From: Antechinus flavipes
Lineage: Eukaryota
Reading direction: 5' to 3'
Length of the DNA: 64,000 nucleotides
Assembly (NCBI RefSeq): GCF_016432865.1
Contig: NC_067402.1
Span: 16,802,001 to 16,866,000 of the forward strand
Part shown: positions 1 to 10,510 of the stretch, in pieces
Position numbering within the stretch: position 1 is the first letter of the stretch
Layout of the letters: every line of letters starts with the position of its first letter
Position numbers and translations under genes: made by a program
Notes under the pieces: model-generated
What the model saw: only the letters and a program-made list of their open reading frames with translations
Database searches by the model: none
What the model was told of the DNA's origin: nothing

Positions 1-445
1 GTTAGCAAAAATCAAGGCAACTCCAAAATTCCTTAAAGGGTTACTTTTTTAATTTTTCATTTCAAAAGTTTAATTTTCCAATAACTACAGTGACACTACA
101 AGTCGTTCTGACTACTAAGCAGTCTAATTATAACAATACCAATTATACAAAAACAGACCACCAAGATGGGAGGTCTGACCATTACAAGTGATCTTATCAA
201 AGAGCCTGCTCCTGCCCCCAGCTGTTTTCTAGCCCAGGTTCCAACCTTTTGGGCCAGGCTTTCACTCACCTGCATTTATAAGGCTACCCACCTACCCACA
301 AAGGCCCCCGCAATCTGCTTTATTTCATGTAAATTAACATTCTGGGAAATTTAGAGTGCTGTAGCAATCCTTGAGACAAGAGGCAGGGGGAGGAACGGAT
401 GCCTAAGTGATCCTAAAACCAGGAAGGACAACTGCTACTGCTTCA

Positions 446-986
446 GACAGATAGGCAGGCAGGCAGGCAGGCAGACAGACAGACAGACAAAGAGGCAGGC
501 AGGTAGGCAGACAGACAGACTGATAGATACAGACAAATAACCAGCCAGACAGATAGGTACAGACAAATAAACAGGCAGACAGACAGATTGATACAGACAA
601 ATAAACAGGCAGATAGGTACATACAAATAAACAGGCAGACAGACAGATTGATACAGACAAATAACCAGGCAGACAGGTAGATACAGACAAATAGACAGAC
701 AGATGATAAATACAGACAAATAAACAGGCAGACAGACAAGTAGGCAGACAGACCGTCAGACAGGTAGATATAGAGGCAGGCAGACAGGAAGGCAGGCAGA
801 CAGACAAATACAAATTAACGGGCAGACAGGCAGACCAGCAGGCAGGTAGATAGAGAAGCAGACAGACAGACAGACAAATACAGACAGATAAGCTGGGTAG
901 AAAAGCAGACAGACAGCCAGGCCAGCAAGTAGACAGATAGAGAGGTATATAGGCAGGCAGACAGGCAGGCAAGCAGACAGGCAGAT
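446..986. repeat. Compound tetranucleotide repeat (GACA/GGCA/GATA) with a higher-order ~30/60-bp period
   Basis: Directly visible; recurring TACAGACAAATAAACAGGCAGACAGA units at about 525-735. Confidence 0.95.
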
Positions 987-1016
987 GGAAAGTATCTAAG
1001 TGTAACTACCACTCAC

Positions 1017-1138
1017 CACCAGAGACAGGGCTATCCATGAAAACTGCTCCCATTTTTTCAACTTCCTTTGCCAGTTCTTTTGATACCGCAGGGTCAATTG
1101 TACTGGAGTCTATTAATAAAGAACCTTTCTTCACTCTC
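1017..1138 (-). CDS. HIBADH: HIBADH coding exon 4
   Basis: Acceptor TATTTCTTAG|G, donor G|GTGAGT. 122 nt translating to RVKKGSLLIDSSTIDPAVSKELAKEVEKMGAVFMDSPVSG, with the DSSTIDP and D(A/S)PVSG family motifs. Confidence 0.98.
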
Positions 1139-1489
1139 CTAAGAAATACATAAAAATATCTGTTATTTTTCTGTTCTGAATGGACAGTGCACATTAAAAA
1201 CATATGGAATGAGCTTTTTTGCTAATCATTCCAAAGCAAGGAAGCAGATTAAACCAAACTAAAGGTGCTCCTAATGTGGACCATTCTTCCACTCCCTGAG
1301 AAGAAAAAAAAAAGAAACAGACACAGAGAAAGGCAAAGAGCAAAAAGTCTCCCTGATGTTGGTTTAAAAGAAGTGAGCCAATATGGCCATAACTAAAGTG
1401 AGCACAAATCGGACAGTTTCTGTCCCCATCATCCACATGCACAGATTGCAAACTGTTACACACAGTTTCTTCTAGATAAACTATCCAAG

Positions 1490-1630
1490 CTGAAGAAGCA
1501 GAGAAAGAGGCTGAGGGAGAAAGATGGAGAGAGAGAGAAAAAAAGAAGGGAGGGGTAGGGCAAAGGGGAAAGGGACAGAAAGGGGGAAAAGGAAAGGGAG
1601 GCAGAAGCTGAGAGAAGGAAAGGAAAAGGG
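1490..1630. repeat. Purine-rich (GA) low-complexity tract
   Basis: Almost exclusively A/G on the + strand. Confidence 0.85.
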
Positions 1631-1945
1631 GGAAACACCTCTCTACCAGCATAGCACCTCATTATTTTGGGCATTGTGATTTTTTAAAAATAATGACAAA
1701 AATCCAGCATAATAATTGTGGAAATAAATATTTTGAAAATAAAAAGCTTTATATTAAAAAAAAAGAAAGTAACAAAATCAATTCGCTGAAAGATAAAGTG
1801 AATAAATCTGGGGATCTCCTAGAGTCATTTTTTTTTCTTCCCCATTCTCTTTGGTGAATTAACATAAAAAGGGATAAGAAAAAAATTCTTCCCCTCCATT
1901 ACCTTTCTCCCTTCTCTACCAGGAGGAGCAAAGTCTCTATCAGAA

Positions 1946-1964
1946 TGGCCACAAGGGGGCGCCA
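1946..1964 (+). promoter_or_regulatory. Strong CTCF motif match
   Basis: TGGCCACAAGGGGGCGCCA versus consensus TGGCCACCAGGGGGCGCTA (17/19). Binding not demonstrated. Confidence 0.6.
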
Positions 1965-2125
1965 CAGTGCACAGCAGCCCTGACTTCAACTCCATCCTAA
2001 CTCACTGGTCCAGGGGCCCTGGGCAGGAGACTTTTCAAAAGTGACCTCTGTGTGCCTCCTTTTCCTCATTTGTAAAATGGGGTTAAAAGGAGCACTCCCT
2101 GCAGTTCTGTGGGGAGGATAAAATC
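1950..2125 (+). mobile_element. MIR/MAR1-type CORE-SINE, decayed
   Basis: CCTCTGTGTGCCTCCTTTTCCTCATTTGTAAAATGGGG core, a tRNA-like head and a GAGGATAAAAT tail. Confidence 0.7.
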
Positions 2126-2269
2126 CGAGCCTATTTGCCAAAAGCTTGGAACTCTAAAAATGCACTCTGGGTACAAGCATTGTCCTTAACAACAAGAAAA
2201 GCAGAAAAGTCTCTTCAAGCAATCCAGAGAGAGAACTTTGGGGAAAAGTGGATCAAAGCGTTGAATTTT

Positions 2270-2541
2270 CACCTCTTTTTGCTATTGTTGTTGTTTATCT
2301 GCTTGGCTTTTTTTTCTTTTTAGTGTTTTTCTCCCTTTTGATATTTTTCTTACGCAGCATGGCAACTGTGGAAATATGTTTAAAAAAGAATTGCATGTTT
2401 TTAACCTATATGTTGGAATGCTTTCTGTCTTAGGGATGAGGAGGGAGAGGGAGAAAAATTTGGAACACAAGGTTTTGCAAAGGTGAATGCTGAAAGTTAT
2501 CTTTGTATGTATTGAAAAAAATAGAATGCTATCAAAAAATA
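2270..2541 (+). mobile_element. L1 3' end (marsupial), 5'-truncated
   Basis: GGAGAAAAATTGGAACACAAGGTTTTGCAAAGGTGAATG motif and an A-rich tail. Confidence 0.85.
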
Positions 2542-2800
2542 AATATGAAGTCGTGGCTATCAGAATGTTTAGGAGAGCTAAAACAACACACATAAGTGAC
2601 ACAAATACAGAAACACCCAAAGTGACTTGTGAGGGAGTGGGGGAATGGGTGGTAAAACTAATATTCCCGGTAACAACTAAAATAAATAAACAAAACCAAA
2701 GGAAAGTCCCCCCCCAAAAAGAAACAGAAAACCCATTGGGAATGTTGCTAATGGCTGAACAGAAGGGCCTGAAAGCTCCCCATTACAAGCGGACACTCAC

Positions 2801-2910
2801 TTGAGAATCCCCTTGGGCCCGGTGTAAACTTCGAGGGCGTTGTGGCTGGTGGGCAGCATCGTGATGATTCGGTCTGCTCTCTCTGCCACGTCTGCTGGGG
2901 AAGCCACCAC
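2801..2910 (-). CDS. HIBADH: HIBADH coding exon 3
   Basis: Acceptor TTTCTTCCCAAAG|GTG, donor AA|GTGAGT. 110 nt translating to VVASPADVAERADRIITMLPTSHNALEVYTGPKGILK. Confidence 0.98.
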
Positions 2911-3595
2911 CTTTGGGAAGAAAGGACACAGGCCATGGTTATAAACGTGAGGCGTGCATACAGCATTCATCCCGCTTTAAAATGAAGGTTCCGGCAGTTT
3001 CTAGAATGCAATGATGCAGAATTAGTTACTTTACCAAAGGGGGATTCCTGAGATGACTGAACACATGCTTATTTTGAGATAACCAGAAAACCCAAGCACA
3101 ACTTCCCTGTCTAAAAGATACATTCCTTCTCTTCCTACAAACCCCGTTTCTATGGAATCAAAGTAGACTGTTTGCTTTAAGAAGTGTGAAGGGAATGATG
3201 GGGGAAAGGGCAAACCATAGCGGTCTTGGGAACAGACACAGAAATCCCCAAGGGTTCCTCTAGCTTAGCCTCCGTATCCACTGGCAGATACTTTGGCTGG
3301 CAAACCCGTGAGGAAGGGCAGCCCGGCTACATTACTGACAAGGCAGGTTTGTGGGAAGCCAAAGGAAGCTGAAGGCACGGGAGGAAGCCCCTGCCCCCCT
3401 CATCTTCTAGCAAACAGCCCCAAGTCCGGCTGCGGGGCAGCATTCGCTGGGACCAAGAGGGGACTGACTGTCCCCTTGGGTGACTGTGTTGGAATGGAAG
3501 AAGAGGCTGAACCCCAGGGAACAGAAGCTTCCTGTAAACTCGGGCTGATTTAGGTTTGCCTTTCAGTCACCAGATGAACATGCAAGCACCTGCTA

Positions 3596-3778
3596 TCAAT
3601 CAATCAGCATTTCCTAAGGTCTTCTGGTGCCAAGAACTAGACCCTAAGGATGTGATCAATCAATATTTATTAAGCGGCTACGTGATTGATCAACATTTAT
3701 TAAACGGTTACTATATGCCAAGCACTGGGCTAGACCCTAAGGGCATGATCAATCAACATTTATTAAATGGCTACTATA
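3596..3778 (-). repeat. Tandem array of four L2 3'-end fragments
   Basis: Repeated ATCAATCAACATTTATTAA...CTACTAT units; GCCAAG..CTAGACCCTAAGG occurs twice. Confidence 0.7.
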
Positions 3779-3779
3779 A

Positions 3780-4108
3780 GTCAAGAGGACTATGGGAACT
3801 TAGTGTGGATCATAACTTAACATTCTCACTCTTTTTTTGTTGTTGTTGTTTGCATTTTGTTTTCTTAATCATTTTCTTTCCCTTTTGAACTGATTTTTCT
3901 TGTGTAGCAAGACAATTATATAAATATTTACATATATTGGATTTAACAAATATTTTAACATGTATAACATATATTGGATTACTTGCCATCTAGGGGAGGA
4001 GATGAGGGGAAAGGGGGAAAATTTGGAACACAAGGCTATGCAAGGGTCAGTGTTGAAAAATTATCCGTGCATATGTTTTGAAAATAAAAGGCTTTAATAA
4101 AAAAAATT
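3780..4108 (+). mobile_element. L1 3' end
   Basis: GAGGACTATGGGAAC...TTACTTGCCATCTAGGGGAGG...GGCTTTAATAAAAAAA. Confidence 0.9.
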
Positions 4109-4134
4109 TAAGGATAACATTAATTTTAAAAAGA

Positions 4135-4630
4135 ATACACTAAATTTTTTACATCAGCATTATTTGTTATAGAAACAATTAGATGTCCATCATTTGGAGA
4201 ATGGTCAATAGATTGTGATACATGAGTATGATGGATTAGTATTGCATGGCAAGCAATGATGAATATGAAGAATTCAGAAAAGCAAAGGAAGACTCATATG
4301 AACTGATACAATATGAAAGGAGGAAAACAATACAACCAGTGACTATGACAATGAAAAGTGCCAAAAATGAAACTGAACACTGTCAAATTATAAAGACCAA
4401 ACTTTAGTTCAAAAAAAGGGATGTGAGAATGCACAGCCTTCCCCTCTTTGAAGAGATGGGGGACTATGGGGTAGCACACTGCATATAATATTGAACTTGG
4501 CTAATTTTGCTGAACTGTTTTTTTTTCTTTATAATAAGGAATTGTTCTCTGAGAGAGGAAGGAACATCACATTGAGAAATTTAGATGATATAAAAATAAA
4601 AAATATTATAAAGATTAAAAAAAAAGAAAT
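4135..4630 (+). mobile_element. Older L1 3' region
   Basis: Degenerate ORF2-end/3'UTR motifs (CATTTGGAGAATGGTCAATAGATTGTG...GAAGACTCATATGAACTGATAC). Confidence 0.65.
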
Positions 4631-5482
4631 TAATATCCTAGAAAAACAAAAGGGAAGGGTTTTTGTAAGGATGCCAGGATGAGCTTTCCCCTTCATTGGA
4701 AAACTTTAAAACTCTCTTAACTTTCTCAGCTTTTAATGAACTCTTTTTCATTTCTTTTGTATACCAAACAGTGCACTAGATGACGTAGGGTACTGGATGC
4801 CTTCTCCATCCTCTGCCCAAAGGGCAGGAACCCAGCAGACCACACCTCCCCCGAGCTCCCAAACCTACTTGACTCTGATGCCCCAAGCTTACCCCTTCTA
4901 GCCTGAAGACGCCCGGTGGCATCTGAGACAAGCAGTGACATAAAGGACATCCTCATATCACCTAGTCCCAAAGAGCACTCTCTAGAACTCCAAGGAATCC
5001 TAACTCCGAGAGGGTGTACAATGGCAATGTGAACCAGGGAAGGCTGAGTGAGAGAGCAAGAAACCTGGTGCAAAAAGAACAAGGCTCTAAAGCAACTGGT
5101 TCTGCTCTTCACTCTCTCTGGACAAGATGAGGGCAAGCGAATCCCCCACTTGGGGCCACAGGCCTTCCTCTGTAAAACAAAGGAGTGGAGCTAGATGCTT
5201 CTAATTAACTTTTCATCTTCTCAGACTGACGGACATCTAGAAGTCCATGTGCCCAAAGGCTGCCCAGGAAGATTAGGTCCAGGGCATCAGCGGGCCTGGG
5301 GTGCCCACAGCAGCACTCTCCAAGGCCTGCTGGGCAGGTTGAGCCTGCAGAGGAAGGCTGAAGGCCTGTGGGGAAAATCCCATCGTATTCAGTCCTTTCA
5401 AATAGAATAAACATCAGTGAACCTCATCACCTGATCTAAGGTGCAGATCCCCCTAATGCAGACTCAACACCTTTGAAGGGGA

Positions 5483-5724
5483 AGAGAGGTGGCACAGCGG
5501 GCAAAGCAACAGGCCCAGTCAGGACTCCTCTGACAAGTTCAGAACCAGGCTCAGACGTTCACCAGCTGAGTGACTCGGGCAAGTCACTGCACCCAGTTTG
5601 CTTCAGTTTCCTTGTCATCATATGAGCGGAAGAAGGAAATAGAAAACCTCTCCAGTATCTCTGCCAAAAAAATCCTAAATGGGGTCAGAAAGAGTCAGAT
5701 GTGACTGAAATAACTAAACAACAA
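5483..5724 (+). mobile_element. MAR1-like SINE (CORE-SINE with RTE-type tail)
   Basis: tRNA-like head and CORE, then GAAGGAAATAGAAAACCTCTCCAGTATCTCTGCC...GACTGAAATAACTAAACAACAA. Confidence 0.8.
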
Positions 5725-7429
5725 ATGGGATGAGAAAGGGGGGGGGAGGGAGAAGAAGGGGATAGGAAGGAGGAGGAAAAGGAAGAAGACAATGAGAAGA
5801 GAAAAGAATAAGGGGGAAAGGGAAGAGGACAATGAGAAGAGGAAAGATTAAGGGGGGAGGGGGAGCACAAGAGAGAAAAGGAGGAGGAGTCTGCCATGAC
5901 ACCACAGATCCCCTACAAAGGCTATGTCCCAGGTTGGGATTCACTTTCACTGGCCAGATATTATCCAACAGTCACAGAGTGTGGAGAGCAGAAGGAGCTG
6001 GAGGAGGACAGTCCAGAATAAGAATCATGCTGATTGATTCCAGCTCCCAGAAAAAATGGCCACCAGAAACAGGATCAGCTTGATGGAAAGATCACTAAAA
6101 GGAGGTGTCCTCTATGCACAGCTGAGATACATACAGAAAAGTCATGCTATCCTTTCTAGAAAAAACAGTCACCCAAAGCAAGTTCAGTCTTTTGGTCCTT
6201 GAATGACAGGTTCCATGTAAGCACAAAGGGGTCAAGAATTCAGCAAAGAAAGATGACCACGTCCTCCTCAAACTTCCTGCTCCAGGGTTTTCAAATCCCT
6301 AAAAGTGCTGAAGCCCACCACTGTTTCAGAACTACTTGGAACACTGCAAAACCTCCCTGCCAACTTCTTCAAGCATGGCCAATATGGTGGAGCTCACTAG
6401 GCCAAAGGCTTTAAAAGTTCTCAATTTTATAAGACCTGAGAGACTGCCAGATGAAAACCCATGAGAATTACTTAACCAAACATTCTTAACCTTACAACTT
6501 GAGAACAACAAAATGGTTTCCAAGTTTTTTAACGGGAAACCAAATGAAGGAGAATGTAAGCTTAACTGGGCCAGAAAACTCCCCCCAAAAGGCCTCCATA
6601 TTCTGCTGACCCTTGGGCACAAAGAGCTAAGCTTTGTGGAAAACCCCACATTCTAAAAGTCAAGCCTGTTCCTTTGGGACTGGACCTTAAAAGGAACCAA
6701 AACTAAGTGGTTGGGGAGAGGGAAGGACCATCTTAAACAAGATGTCTCCCAAACTGTTCTCCTACAACCATTCTTCTTTCAGACATTTTAAAAATCTGTT
6801 TGCAGTTCTTGTTCAAGTCCTTGGAAGTTGCCGCCAGCTATAAAAAAGATCGGATATTGGATCCATAGGCTACTCTCCCTAGCTTTTTGGCTTTCGCATG
6901 GCTAGTCCAGGCAATCTGCCCCCTCCATTAAAGCAGAGGGTTCAGTGATACCGAATAACTGAAAAGAAGCTGGCTTGTGTAAAGCAGTTTTTCAATTCAG
7001 CCGTCCCTGCTCTTTGTTCGTCTCTTCCAGCATCCACCTGCTGGTCTATCTCAGCCCTTCCCAGGGCTGCACTGACTCCACGAGCACTGACTCTGACTGA
7101 CTCACCCACTGGACAAACTTCTCTTTTTTGATCTTAAATTCACTAAGTGACTTTTCACAGAGGTTTGGGTCTTGTGTTACAAAAGATGCTGCCCAACTCC
7201 CCCCATCCCACCCCATCAAAAGCACAACAGAGACCCCACTCTTGAGGGCTGTCCAATTCAGTACTATTCAAAGTGGAGAGAAGATGAGCCAAAGTTACAT
7301 TCTGGTGACAGGTGTTGTTAAAGTGATATAAAATCTCCAATCCCATTTTCACATGGAAATAAACACATAATTGGGAAGTCATATTCTTAACCAATAATCA
7401 AAGAAATAAATTTAATCAACATGAATTAT

Positions 7430-7720
7430 TACAGAATCAAAGAACCTGAGAATTAAAAGGGGTGTCAATGTCAAGATCATTTTATCCAACCAAGATAAGA
7501 AAATGAATTAAACAAGCAACCATCAGGCCTCTGTTTGAAGACTTCCAATGAGGAAGAATTCACCATCTCTTCAGGCAGCTCACTGAATTCTACAAAATTC
7601 AAATGGTTTTATGAAGTCTTTCCTGATATTCATCCTAAGTCTGGTTCTTTGTCCTCTCTACCCACTGTCCATGGTCCTATTCTTGGGGCCAAAAAGACAT
7701 AGCTAATTCCTGCTCCTCTC
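7430..7720 (-). mobile_element. L3/CR1 3' fragment
   Basis: GAAGACTTCCAATGAGGAAGAATTCACCATC...TTCCTGATATTCATCCTAAGTC resembles a reversed CR1/L3 3' region. Confidence 0.55.
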
Positions 7721-7934
7721 TACAGATACTGGAAAACAACTCACATGTGTGTAAAGGACTTTATAAATGGGAGTTATTATTAATATTACAGAAAAAAATT
7801 GTTCTCTTCTTGTTTGATATAGTTCAGATAGAAATGCCCTGAACCAAATCTCTATCCTATTATTTGTATTTTCATTTAATGGTCACTATATATGTGTGCG
7901 TGTGTCTATATGCATGTACATATGTAATATTATG

Positions 7935-8109
7935 CAGGGGTCCTCAAACTTTTAAAATAGGGGGCCAGTTCACTGTCACTCAGACTAGAGTAAAAACAAA
8001 AACTTTGTTTTGTGGGCCTTTAAATAAAGAAACTTCATAGCACTGGGTGAGGGGAATAAACATCCTCAGCTGCCACATCTGGCCGTGGGCCGTAGTTTGA
8101 GGACCCCTG
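7935..8109 (-). mobile_element. OC1 (OposCharlie1)-like hAT MITE, 175 bp, internally deleted copy
   Basis: 16-bp TIRs CAGGGGTCCTCAAACT / AGTTTGAGGACCCCTG; near-identical in reverse complement to 50689-50880. Confidence 0.85.
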
Positions 8110-8504
8110 TATAGACAGATATATGGATATGCATGATAGGTGGGTAAAATAATGCCTTTGGAACAATGTTAGCAGCAGAGAGGATGTTGGGGATAACATA
8201 TATCTCTCACTGCATTTGAATTTTGAATGGCTTTTTTAGAGTTTGGAAATTTGAGTATTTTGGTATAGTAAAATCTAAGTAAGTCCTTTTTTTTTTTTTT
8301 TTGAGTTTTTACATATCAGTGTTCTATGTGGGCAACTGTGGGTAGCTCAATCTGTCACAACATTGCAGTTCCAAAACAATTTACTGGTCGAGTTCTCAAG
8401 GATATTTTGAGGTCCATAAAGGGATTTGTTGTCTATTAGTTTACGAAGATACAGAGTTTCTGATGACTAATTCTAGGCTCCATATCATATCTTTCTTGTT
8501 TTTA

Positions 8505-8690
8505 CTTAATATTATTTTACTTCCTCCCCCAATACATGTAAATTTGGTTCAACATTCATCTTTATAAGATGCTGAGTTACAAATTTTTCTCTCCTCTTCC
8601 TTTCCCCTTCCCCAAGACAGCAAACAATTTGAGAGATGTTATATATGTACAATCATGTTAAACATATTTCCACATTAGTCATGTTGCCCA
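8505..8690 (-). mobile_element. L1 3' end
   Basis: Reverse-complement L1 tail (...CCAAGACAGCAAACAATTTG...). Confidence 0.7.
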
Positions 8691-8739
8691 ACTTCATGTT
8701 CATATCTAGTTCATATCCAGGTTCATTAGATGCTATTTT

Positions 8740-8920
8740 TTATTTTTTATAACAGCTTTTTATTTTCAAAATACATGCAAAGATAGTTTTTAATATTCAC
8801 CTTTGCAAAACTTTGTGTTCCAAATTTTTCTCTCCCTCCCCACTCCCCAAGACAGCAAGTAATCCAATATAGGTTAAACATGTGCAGTTCTTCTCAGCAT
8901 ATTTCCATATTTAGCATGCT
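8740..8920 (-). mobile_element. L1 3' end
   Basis: T-rich start, AGCTTTTTATTTTCAAAATACATGC...CAAGACAGCAAGTAATCCAATAT. Confidence 0.85.
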
Positions 8921-9619
8921 GAGGTGAGCCTGCAATGCTGAGTTGTACAGTTACAGTCAATTTCTTTCATCAATATCATCACAGTGTCAACGTCGTCATT
9001 ATCATTAAATCTGGGCTCTTTAAGGATAACCTTTCTGTAATTTCTCATAGTCAACACCTGGTCTTGAATTGTCATAAACTCTCCATATTCATGACCAAAT
9101 CCGCATGACTCAATTATTTTTTTCTGGGTTTCTTTATCACCGTATCATTGACTGAGTTAATGAAAATAGTGCTCATGGAAGGCATTATGATGTTTTTCTT
9201 CAGTCTTGGCTATTTTATCAGCTCTACGTTATACCCAAGAAATCCAATGACCTGTCTTCAGCCTTTAGTAAATATTATGATCAATATATGTTCTCTGAAA
9301 AATGCAAGCTCTATAAAGACAAGAGCTATCTTATTCTTTGTCTTCCCCAACCCTTTCTACAAAGCACTTCCTATAAGCACTTAATAACTATGTGACAAAC
9401 TGAATTTAGTATTAGTTTAATTTAATAGGACAGCAGAGCAAGCAACTGTGTTGAATTATGTTTCAGAAAAGACCATGAGACTAAATACTCATTCTATCAT
9501 TGAGCACCAGTTCAAGGTCATCAATAAACTAGAAAGTATCCACAGGAAGGGAACCAAGATGGTCAAATGTCTAGAGTGTGTTATGTGAGGTCTAATTGAA
9601 AGAAAAGGAGAAATTGATA

Positions 9620-10510
9620 AATAATCGAACAGACAATCTTCAGGCAAAGAAATTAAAGCCCTTTCCAATCCCATGAAAAAAAATGCTCTAAATCACTGTT
9701 GATTAAAGAAATGCAAATGAAGACAACTCTGAGGTACCACCTCCTACCTCTCAGATTGTCTAAAATGATAGGAAAAGATAATGACAAATATTGGAGGGGA
9801 TATAGGAAAAATGGGACACTAATACATTGTTGGTGGAGTTGTTAAATGATCCAACAATTCTGGAGAACAATTTAGAACTCTCCCCAAAGGCATGCCCTTT
9901 GATCCAGTAGCCTCACTACTGGAACTATATCCCAAAGAGATATATATATTTTAGTGGCAGTTGAAATTGAATGGATACCCATCAATTGGGGATTGGCTAA
10001 ATAAGTTATGGCATATGAATGTAATAGAATATGATGAGCAGGCTGATTTCATAAAAGCCTAGAAAGACTTACATAAACTGATGCTGAGTGAAGAGAACAG
10101 AACCCAGAGAACACTATACATAGTAATAACAAAATTATGTGATCAGCAACTGTGATGGTCTTGGCTCTTCTCCTTAACATGGTGATTCAAGATAATTCCA
10201 AAAGACTTGGGATGGATAATATCATCCAGAGAAAGAACCATGGAAACTGAATGTGGATCAAAACATACTATTTTCACCTTGTTTTGTTTGGTTTTCCTCT
10301 TTTGTTCTGATTTTTCTTTCAAAACATGACAAGTATGGAAGAACATTTAAAAGGACTGTATATATTTAACCTATATCAGATTGCATGCTGTCCTGGAAAA
10401 AGGGGAAGGGAGGGAGAAAAAATCTGGAATACCAAGTCTTACAAAAATGAATACTGAAAACTATCTTTATATATATTTGGAAAAACAAAATGCTACTGAA
10501 AATTTTTTTA
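9620..10510 (+). mobile_element. L1 ORF2 end plus 3'UTR, about 0.9 kb, degenerate
   Basis: AAATGCTCTAAATCACTG...GAGGTACCACCTC...ACATTGTTGGTGGAGTTG through to the tail. Confidence 0.9.

Noticed and set aside
403-1012. Several Leu/Ser/Cys/Val-rich ORFs up to 189 aa
   Set aside because: Translations of the GACA/GGCA/GATA repeat, which lacks stops in those frames; no family motifs.
1006-1203. ORF 1006-1203 as a standalone gene
   Set aside because: Only 1017-1138 is coding (HIBADH exon 4); the rest is intronic read-through.
8890-8985. Box C (GTGATGA) and box D (CTGA) pair on the HIBADH sense strand, suggesting an intronic snoRNA
   Set aside because: The D box falls inside an L1 tail, there is no terminal stem, and I recall no snoRNA hosted by HIBADH.
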